Made by a program: the position numbers and the translations under genes. A DNA stretch of 25,477 nucleotides from a virus. Its lineage: Duplodnaviria; Caudoviricetes. Positions 17,673 to 23,780 of this stretch are shown here, piece after piece; the first letter of the stretch is position 1; every line of letters starts with the position of its first letter. Under the pieces are notes generated by a model. It had not been told where the DNA came from. It saw nothing but the letters and a program-made list of their open reading frames with translations, and made no database searches. The stretch is from positions 1 to 25,477 of IMG/VR virus record IMGVR_UViG_3300020042_004399; one strand, written 5' to 3'.

Positions 17673-17971
17673 TATACTTTTTCGTCAAACATTTCTGTGT
17701 CAAAGTGAAATGATATTCCGTCCTTTTCAAGTCTTACAAACTCAAGGTCGAAGTTTGGTTCATCTTTTCTCCAGAAGCGACCACGCAAATGAATGGTGTA
17801 CATATTGTCTTGATCGTCAATAAATACAAGGTGTTGTTTTTCATCAACGTCAAACCATCCTGTTTCTTCTTCGTGGTAGTTTAAAGCAATTGATTTGATT
17901 CTTTCGTTGAGCGTGTTCATATCATCTTTGGTAAAGCAATAAGAAACGCGTGGGCAATAAAATGATTTCAT
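17672..17971 (-). CDS. Hypothetical early protein
   Basis: 99 aa; TAATG-coupled to the downstream ORF. Confidence 0.7.
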   Translation of the reverse strand: MKSFYCPRVSYCFTKDDMNTLNERIKSIALNYHEEETGWFDVDEKQHLVFIDDQDNMYTIHLRGRFWRKDEPNFDLEFVRLEKDGISFHFDTEMFDEKV

Positions 17972-18119
17972 AGTTATTTGATTTTAGTGATTACAAATGT
18001 ATTCAATTAAGTTGTCGTTCCAACGCGCTTCGGAAAGTTTTTGACATTTCTCGATGTTGTCTGCGACCTCGTTGTGTGTTAGGTTGTAAGCGTTTGCTGA
18101 CGAGTAAACACAAACAAAG

Positions 18120-18350
18120 TTAGATTTCTTTTGTTGGCTCTGGTAGTTCCTTCCAATGCGACGTATTAAGTTTGAGGAATACTCGTTCAAGTTCTGCAAT
18201 TCGTTGGTCGCACAATTGATCCCGAGAAGGTGAACCGCTCTTTTGATTACCGTAGTAATTTTGTGCGGTAATGATTCCGTCAACAAGAATGTGTACTTCT
18301 TCTTCAAAGAGAAAAATTGATTTGTAAAAATTGGCTCTTTCATTGTTCAT
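18120..18350 (-). CDS. Hypothetical early protein
   Basis: 76 aa with strong leader TAAAACCAACAAATCAAATG. Confidence 0.65.
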   Translation of the reverse strand: MNNERANFYKSIFLFEEEVHILVDGIITAQNYYGNQKSGSPSRDQLCDQRIAELERVFLKLNTSHWKELPEPTKEI

Positions 18351-18378
18351 TTGATTTGTTGGTTTTAGATTTCTTTTG
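18120..18378. repeat. 14-bp direct repeat TTAGATTTCTTTTG (18120-18133 and 18365-18378)
   Basis: Identical copies forming the 3' ends (..KEI-stop) of two adjacent genes. Confidence 0.8.
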
Positions 18379-18535
18379 ATAATAATATTTCTTCGCGTGG
18401 AATGGTTGACTTGATTCTGTCGTAGTCGCGAACGGCTTCTTCGTATATCGCGTAAGTCATGTACAAGCCACCGTCGACGGTTATCTTGTAATACATATCG
18501 GTTAACGTCGTTTTTTGAATTAATTCTACTTTCAT
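18365..18535 (-). CDS. Hypothetical 56-aa early protein (not in ORF track)
   Basis: MKVELIQKTTLTDMYYKITVDGG...LLSKEI*; ATGA-coupled. Confidence 0.7.
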   Translation of the reverse strand: MKVELIQKTTLTDMYYKITVDGGLYMTYAIYEEAVRDYDRIKSTIPREEILLSKEI

Positions 18536-18645
18536 TTGTTTGTTGTGTTTGGTTGTTGTTCTAAGATTCTTGTTTGTTCGTCAATCGTTCCTGCGATTAA
18601 CATTCCTGCGAATAGGATTGCGATGTAGAGTAGTGTTTTTTTCAT
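18532..18645 (-). CDS. 37-aa single-TM early protein (not in ORF track)
   Basis: MKKTLLYIAILFAGMLIAGTIDEQTRILEQQPNTTNK*. Confidence 0.65.
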   Translation of the reverse strand: MKKTLLYIAILFAGMLIAGTIDEQTRILEQQPNTTNK

Positions 18646-18658
18646 TTGATTTATTTGA

Positions 18659-18838
18659 TTAAGAGAAAGAAATTATGTTTTCATTGCAAATACATTTTCC
18701 ATTTGGAAATTTGTTTGACTGTACTTGAATACCGCCTTTGAATTTGTCTACTACAATTCCGCTTTCAATAGATTTTGAAAATGTACCATTTACTAATTCA
18801 ATAAAGTAAAATGTTGCGATGTCGTTTGTTGTTTTCAT
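18659..18838 (-). CDS. Hypothetical 59-aa protein, first gene of early operon (not in ORF track)
   Basis: MKTTNDIATFYFIELVNG...NIISFS*; directly downstream of the promoter. Confidence 0.65.
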   Translation of the reverse strand: MKTTNDIATFYFIELVNGTFSKSIESGIVVDKFKGGIQVQSNKFPNGKCICNENIISFS

Positions 18839-18873
18839 TTTGTTTATCTTTGTTTGTGTTGTTAATTGTGATA

Positions 18874-18903
18874 CAAATATATGCTAAACTTTTGAATACA
18901 CAA
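18874..18903 (-). promoter_or_regulatory. Early promoter TTG-N19-TATATTTG
   Basis: Exact Flavobacterium-type consensus at the head of the minus-strand operon. Confidence 0.8.
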
Positions 18904-18942
18904 CAAAAAAATGAAAATAAATTGAAAATAATTTCTAACTGA

Positions 18943-19353
18943 TTGAAAATGAACGTGAAAACTTTTAAGAAAACTTATAAAAAAAGTGTTGTAAAGCGTA
19001 AAATAACACCCGAATCTGAATCGAACCAACAAGAAATTGTAATAAAGTACCTTCGCTTAGCATATTCCGACGCGTTGTATTGCGCTTCAGCAGGTGGAAT
19101 GAGAACAAGTTATCTTCAAGCGATCAAAATGAAACGTACCGGTTACGTCAAAGGGTTTCCCGACTTGTTTATTTACGAACCACGCGGAGAGTTCTTTGGT
19201 CTTGCTATTGAGATGAAGAAAGAAAAAGGGGGTGTCGCATCACCAGAGCAGAAGCGTTGGCAGGAACAATTACGAAACAGAGGGTATTGTTCCTATATTT
19301 GTAAGGGAAAGGACGAAGCTATTAAGATTATAGATGAATACTTTAAGATGTGA
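18943..19353 (+). CDS. VRR-NUC (PD-(D/E)xK) nuclease / resolvase
   Basis: GFPDL...IEMK...SPEQ..W motifs; start uncertain (18943 TTG or 18949 ATG). Confidence 0.85.
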   Translation: MKMNVKTFKKTYKKSVVKRKITPESESNQQEIVIKYLRLAYSDALYCASAGGMRTSYLQAIKMKRTGYVKGFPDLFIYEPRGEFFGLAIEMKKEKGGVASPEQKRWQEQLRNRGYCSYICKGKDEAIKIIDEYFKM

Positions 19354-19850
19354 CACTTGACCACTACATAGAAGGAAACTATAAAAAGTTCAAAGAACTT
19401 GCGAAGAACATTTCGCGAGGCGAAGATTACTACGAAGATTTGCTTCACGATTCTTTGCTGTCTATGTTTGGAAGTAAACACATTGAAAACCTAATCGACA
19501 CAGGTGACTTCGAGTTTTATCTAATACGCGTTATGTACTTAGCCGTCAACAGTCCAACGTCGCCATTTTACCGTCAAACAATAGCGTGGAACAGAAACAG
19601 ACGCGACTTCAAAGACTACGCTCACGAAATAGATAAGACTTGGTTGGGCGCACGCATGACGAACGAACAACTGGACATTCTAATTAGCCGGTTAACCGAG
19701 TTCGAACGTCTTATCTTTCAAGAATATATCTTTGAAGGTTTCACTTATCGAGAATTTTCGAAACAAACTGGAATACCAACCGTATTCTTATACAGAACTA
19801 TCGATTCAATCAAAACTAAAATAAGAGCAAATGTTATTCGCAAAAAGTAA
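19350..19850 (+). CDS. Sigma70/ECF-like factor (possible late-gene activator)
   Basis: Region 2-like EDLLHD..L and region 4 HTH L...ER.IF......G.TYREFS..TGIP. Confidence 0.7.
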   Translation: MTLDHYIEGNYKKFKELAKNISRGEDYYEDLLHDSLLSMFGSKHIENLIDTGDFEFYLIRVMYLAVNSPTSPFYRQTIAWNRNRRDFKDYAHEIDKTWLGARMTNEQLDILISRLTEFERLIFQEYIFEGFTYREFSKQTGIPTVFLYRTIDSIKTKIRANVIRKK

Positions 19851-20298
19851 TGAGTACAAAAGACGACTTGAAATTTGTCGCACCTGTAAATTCTTCGAAC
19901 CCTCAACACAAAGCTGTGGCCCATTGATCGTGGGTGGCGAAGTGGACGCAGAAGGAAATGTATTTGAAACAAAATACGAAGTGTTGTTCCGTCGCAAATC
20001 AATTCAACTTTGCGGTTGTGTCATGCCTATCAAAGCAAAACTCGCCTTTGCTTCTTGCCCAGCATCAAAATGGGAAGGTGTTCTTTCAATGGAAGAACAA
20101 ATTGAGTTTAAGCGTTTCCTACTCGATATGAAAGCGCAAGGACGTCTTGAGCAGAAAGATATGTTGAAGTTTTATTCGTTCAAGGATAAAGCCACAGGAG
20201 CGTTTAACGAGCGTTCAACGTGTCCGCCTTGCGTGAAGAAAGACATCAACATCTTTCTCGATTCAATGAAGGACGTTGATGTTGATTTGAACAATTAA
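19831..20298 (+). CDS. Cys-rich metal-binding protein
   Basis: RLEIC..C...C...CGC....KA......CP..KW plus a C-terminal CPPC. Confidence 0.7.
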   Translation: MLFAKSNEYKRRLEICRTCKFFEPSTQSCGPLIVGGEVDAEGNVFETKYEVLFRRKSIQLCGCVMPIKAKLAFASCPASKWEGVLSMEEQIEFKRFLLDMKAQGRLEQKDMLKFYSFKDKATGAFNERSTCPPCVKKDINIFLDSMKDVDVDLNN

Positions 20299-20338
20299 GA
20301 ACTGAAAACTTTAAAGGCAACCTTTGAAGCAACGAACG

Positions 20339-20420
20339 TATATTTGTATAGCCAAGCAATGCGATACTACCCCCTTTTATTTTTGCTTGGCGGCTGAAAT
20401 AATTGGGGGTATATTTTTTT
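20339..20420 (+). ncRNA. Candidate structured small RNA (-7 box, two interleaved stems, U-tract)
   Basis: TATATTTG at 20339-20346; stems 20351-20359/20383-20391 and 20368-20382/20397-20411; T7 run ending at 20420. Confidence 0.45.
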
Positions 20421-20566
20421 AAGTAAATGAAACAAACTGGATAAGAACAACAACCGCCTTCGTAAGTCACAGCGAAGTAATCAATGACTAAACTTGCAAT
20501 ACATCAATGCTTGGAACGTGCAACTGCCCTTTTAAGGGCGAAGACAGTTTGTTTTTCTTGGGGAGA

Positions 20567-20624
20567 CTTTTTCTTTTCTTTCTTTTTCTTTTACCTTTTT
20601 CTTTTTCTTTCTTTTGTTTTCTTT
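20567..20624. repeat. Polypyrimidine tract with 19-nt mirror repeat
   Basis: 20574-20592 and 20597-20615 are exact mirror images around ACCT. Confidence 0.8.
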
Positions 20625-20705
20625 GCACATTTAAGACAGTCAATAAGTTTAGTGTCATAAAAGAAACAACTGAAGTAAATTAGCACAATAATATATTTAA
20701 CTAAT

Positions 20706-21908
20706 ATGAAGACAATAACTGTTAAGATTAACGAAGTAAAGTCCAACCCGAATAACCCTCGTATTATTAAGGACGATAAATTCAAGAAACTTGTTGCTTC
20801 AATAAAAGAACTTCCACAGATGCTCGAACTACGTCCAATTGTCGTAAATGAAGATATGATTGTTTTGGGTGGTAACATGAGATTGAAAGCATGTAAGGAA
20901 GCAGGATTAAAAGAAATACCAATTATCAAAGCATCTGAATTGAACGAAGAACAGCAACGCGCTTTTATTATCAAAGACAATGTTGGTTTTGGTGAATGGG
21001 ACTGGGACGCGTTAGCCAACGAATGGGACGCGGAACAATTGGACGAATGGGGTTTGGATGTTCCTAACTTTGAAGGTGTGGAGTTAGACGCTGTTGAAGA
21101 CGACTTCGACGCTCCAGAAGGAGGCATTGAAACGGATATTGTAATAGGCGACCTATTCGAGATAGGCGAACACCGTTTGTTGTGTGGTGATTCAACAGAT
21201 AGCGATTCAGTAGCTAAATTGATGAACGGAGAGAAAGCGGACATGGTTTTCACTGACCCTCCTTATGGGGTTAGCGCAAGCGGTGGACGTTCACAAACAG
21301 TTGAAAGGGATAATATAACTAAAATTGCAAACGATGATTTACGCGGTGGAGAACTTCAACAATTTATAAGTGATGCACTTTCAATAATGCCAATAAAAGA
21401 ATCAGGGAGTTTTTATGTTTGCTACGATCAAAAAACACAAGTGGAATTTATTAGCGCAATTAAAGAAAACAACTGGAACTTCAAACGCACTTTGATTTGG
21501 AATAAAAATGTTTTTGGATTAAGTGGCAAAAAAGGTTACCGACCAAAATACGAGCTTATTGCTTTTGGTTGTATTGGTGAAGATTATAAATGGTTTGGTG
21601 ATAATGCGCAAGCAGATGTAATTGATGTTGCAAGACCAAGAGAAAGAGAAGGAAACCACCCAACACCAAAACCAATTGAACTAATTGAAATTGCATTAAA
21701 AAACAGTAGTGAAGAAGGAAACTTAATTACAGATTCTTTTCTTGGTTCTGGAAGCACAATGGTTGCAGCGCACCAACTAAACCGCAAGTGTTACGGAATG
21801 GAACTCGACCCGAAGTATTGTCAAGTGATAATAGATAGAATGTTAAAACTCGACCCTTCGTTGACCGTAAAACGTAACGGTGAAACGTATGCTAAAACAG
21901 AACAATAA
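20706..21908 (+). CDS. ParB-like N-terminal domain fused to N6A/N4C DNA methyltransferase (beta class)
   Basis: NPNNPR and GGNMRL (ParB/Srx); DPPY, HPTPKP and FLGSGST in beta order. Confidence 0.92.
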   Translation: MKTITVKINEVKSNPNNPRIIKDDKFKKLVASIKELPQMLELRPIVVNEDMIVLGGNMRLKACKEAGLKEIPIIKASELNEEQQRAFIIKDNVGFGEWDWDALANEWDAEQLDEWGLDVPNFEGVELDAVEDDFDAPEGGIETDIVIGDLFEIGEHRLLCGDSTDSDSVAKLMNGEKADMVFTDPPYGVSASGGRSQTVERDNITKIANDDLRGGELQQFISDALSIMPIKESGSFYVCYDQKTQVEFISAIKENNWNFKRTLIWNKNVFGLSGKKGYRPKYELIAFGCIGEDYKWFGDNAQADVIDVARPREREGNHPTPKPIELIEIALKNSSEEGNLITDSFLGSGSTMVAAHQLNRKCYGMELDPKYCQVIIDRMLKLDPSLTVKRNGETYAKTEQ

Positions 21909-21912
21909 CAGA

Positions 21913-22269
21913 ATGAGCAAAGAACATTTAATACCATTCAAGAAAGGCGAAAGCGGTAACCCCAACGGACGACCAAAGAAATACGTTTCGTTGTTGAAAG
22001 AAAGCGGATACAAGCTGAGCGAAATTAACGACACCATTCAGGCAATGATGGCTATGGATATGGACGAACTGAAAAGCGTTTGGGACAACAAGCACGCAAC
22101 GATACTTGAAAAGACAATCGCAAACGCAATGATGACTTCGTTGAAGAAAGGTTCGTTATATTCGCTGGAGACATTGTTAAGCCGTGCGTTTGGTAACCCT
22201 AAGCAAATGACTGAGCTGACAGGAGCCAACAGCGAACCGATACAAATAATCATAAACGACAAATTATAA
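21913..22269 (+). CDS. terS: Terminase small subunit-like protein
   Basis: FKKGESGNPNGRPK N-terminal motif and ELTGANSEPIQIII tail; follows the ParB-MTase. ATG 21913 preferred. Confidence 0.65.
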   Translation: MSKEHLIPFKKGESGNPNGRPKKYVSLLKESGYKLSEINDTIQAMMAMDMDELKSVWDNKHATILEKTIANAMMTSLKKGSLYSLETLLSRAFGNPKQMTELTGANSEPIQIIINDKL

Positions 22270-22292
22270 CCACCAATTCGACAAAACACCGA

Positions 22293-22538
22293 ATGAGTAA
22301 AGCAAATTTAACATTTGACCTTGACGACAGGGACGATCGTATGGACTTCGAGCGCATGATGAAGGCTCGTGATATGGCTTCGTTACTTTGGGAAATTGAA
22401 ATGAATGGATATCGCAAGTTTACGAAATACAATGAGCGACAGGAAGGCGCGTACCAAGAAGGCATTGAAGAAGTGTTCGAATACTTTCGCGCACTAATGA
22501 CTCATCACGAAATCGACGTTGAACAACTAATCGTATAA
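22293..22538 (+). CDS. Hypothetical protein
   Basis: 81 aa; KANLTFDL....D...F pattern seen in small phage proteins. Confidence 0.7.
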   Translation: MSKANLTFDLDDRDDRMDFERMMKARDMASLLWEIEMNGYRKFTKYNERQEGAYQEGIEEVFEYFRALMTHHEIDVEQLIV

Positions 22539-22540
22539 CA

Positions 22541-22711
22541 ATGGCTGATATAACAATGTGCGAAGGCATCAACTGCAACCAAACAAACACGTGCTATCGG
22601 TATCTCGCGAAGGCGAACCCATATCGACAAAGCTACTTTGAAAAAACACCTGTATTAAAGGACGGTGAATGTGAAATGTTTTGGGACGTGCGCGAAATCA
22701 AATCAAGATGA
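22541..22711 (+). CDS. 56-aa four-Cys protein (not in ORF track)
   Basis: MADITMCEGINCNQTNTCYRY...QSYF...CEMFW...*. Confidence 0.75.
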   Translation: MADITMCEGINCNQTNTCYRYLAKANPYRQSYFEKTPVLKDGECEMFWDVREIKSR

Positions 22712-22977
22712 ACGCACTCGACTGGATGTTTCAAGAATTATGGAACACCCCAAAGGACAAATGGGAGTGGAACGCTATATTGAACAAGGCGAGGAATATG
22801 CAAAATGAACATAACAAACAAATGAGCGAAAACAAATTAAACTTCTTACGGTCACAGATTGCAATGTTCCACCCCGAATGGACGAAGGAACAAGTACACA
22901 TGGAAGCTATACGCGTACACAACGAAGCAAACACAATCGACAACGACGACGAAGGGTGTCTTTATTGTGGTTCGTAG
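22708..22977 (+). CDS. Hypothetical protein ending in DDEGCLYCGS; probable second in-frame start at 22822
   Basis: ATGA-coupled start at 22708; internal ATG preceded by AACATAACAAACAA. Confidence 0.65.
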   Translation: MNALDWMFQELWNTPKDKWEWNAILNKARNMQNEHNKQMSENKLNFLRSQIAMFHPEWTKEQVHMEAIRVHNEANTIDNDDEGCLYCGS

Positions 22978-23019
22978 TCAACAAAAGAATCTGAATTGTA
23001 GAAAATAAACAACAAACAA

Positions 23020-23604
23020 ATGAGCATAAAAGTAAGCATACCAGCTGACTATTCTTCAATCAGCGTCAAGCAATACGTTGACTATCACAGCGCGAAGAAC
23101 GACATAGACAAGTTGGTGTCAATTAGTAACCTACTGAAGGAACAGGCGGAACAGATTCCCTTCCAACACTTGCCGACCTTACTCGCAGCGTTTGAAGGAA
23201 CGTTGTTGAATGAAAGCGCGAAGTTCTTTGAGACCATAACAATCAAGGACAAAGACTTCGGGTTTATCCCTGACCTTTACTCAATCTCAATGGGCGAGTA
23301 CGCGGACATTTCAACCTGGGCTTCGGACGTGTCGACGAACATGGTGAAGATAATGGGAACGCTTTACCGACCAATAGACAAACGCGTGGGTTCGAAGTAC
23401 ACAATTGTACCACACAGCAAACAAAACAGAGAACTTGTTGAAGGCTATGTTGAGCAGATGACGCTTGAACAATTCAACGGTGCGATGCTTTTTTTTTCGA
23501 CTTTGCTCAACGAACTAAGCAACACTTCGCTAGATTATTTGGAGAACGAGGTGAAGAAGTTGACACAGGAATTGACGGAGCAATTGAAGACCGAGACAAC
23601 CTAA
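23020..23604 (+). CDS. Tail assembly chaperone (G form)
   Basis: 194 aa; FGFIPDL..IS.GEY.D and LYRP motifs; T9 slippery run at MLFF. Confidence 0.7.
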   Translation: MSIKVSIPADYSSISVKQYVDYHSAKNDIDKLVSISNLLKEQAEQIPFQHLPTLLAAFEGTLLNESAKFFETITIKDKDFGFIPDLYSISMGEYADISTWASDVSTNMVKIMGTLYRPIDKRVGSKYTIVPHSKQNRELVEGYVEQMTLEQFNGAMLFFSTLLNELSNTSLDYLENEVKKLTQELTEQLKTETT

Positions 23605-23780
23605 ACCAAGTGCTTGGACGCTATGGTTGGTATCATTTGTTTATGGAAGCCTGTGGACGCGACATAACAAAGTTGGACGCAATTACGGAAAAAAGTGCTT
23701 GGGAGATATTTACATTTATGACTTACCTAATAGATTACAATTATGTCGAACGTACAAAGTTACAACGCGCTCATAGATAG
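23020..23780 (+). CDS. Tail assembly chaperone frameshift product (GT form, about 253 aa)
   Basis: The -1 frame opens just before T9 (23489-23497) and stays open to TAG 23778-23780: FDFAQRTKQHFARLFG...GRYGWYHLF...DITKLDAITE...FTFMTY. Confidence 0.75.

Noticed and set aside
20532-20630. 32-aa Lys-rich minus-strand ORF across the pyrimidine tract
   Set aside because: Isolated in a plus-strand block with no leader; explained by low complexity.
20591-21253. 220-aa minus-strand ORF
   Set aside because: Ser-rich antisense shadow of the ParB-methyltransferase with no motifs.
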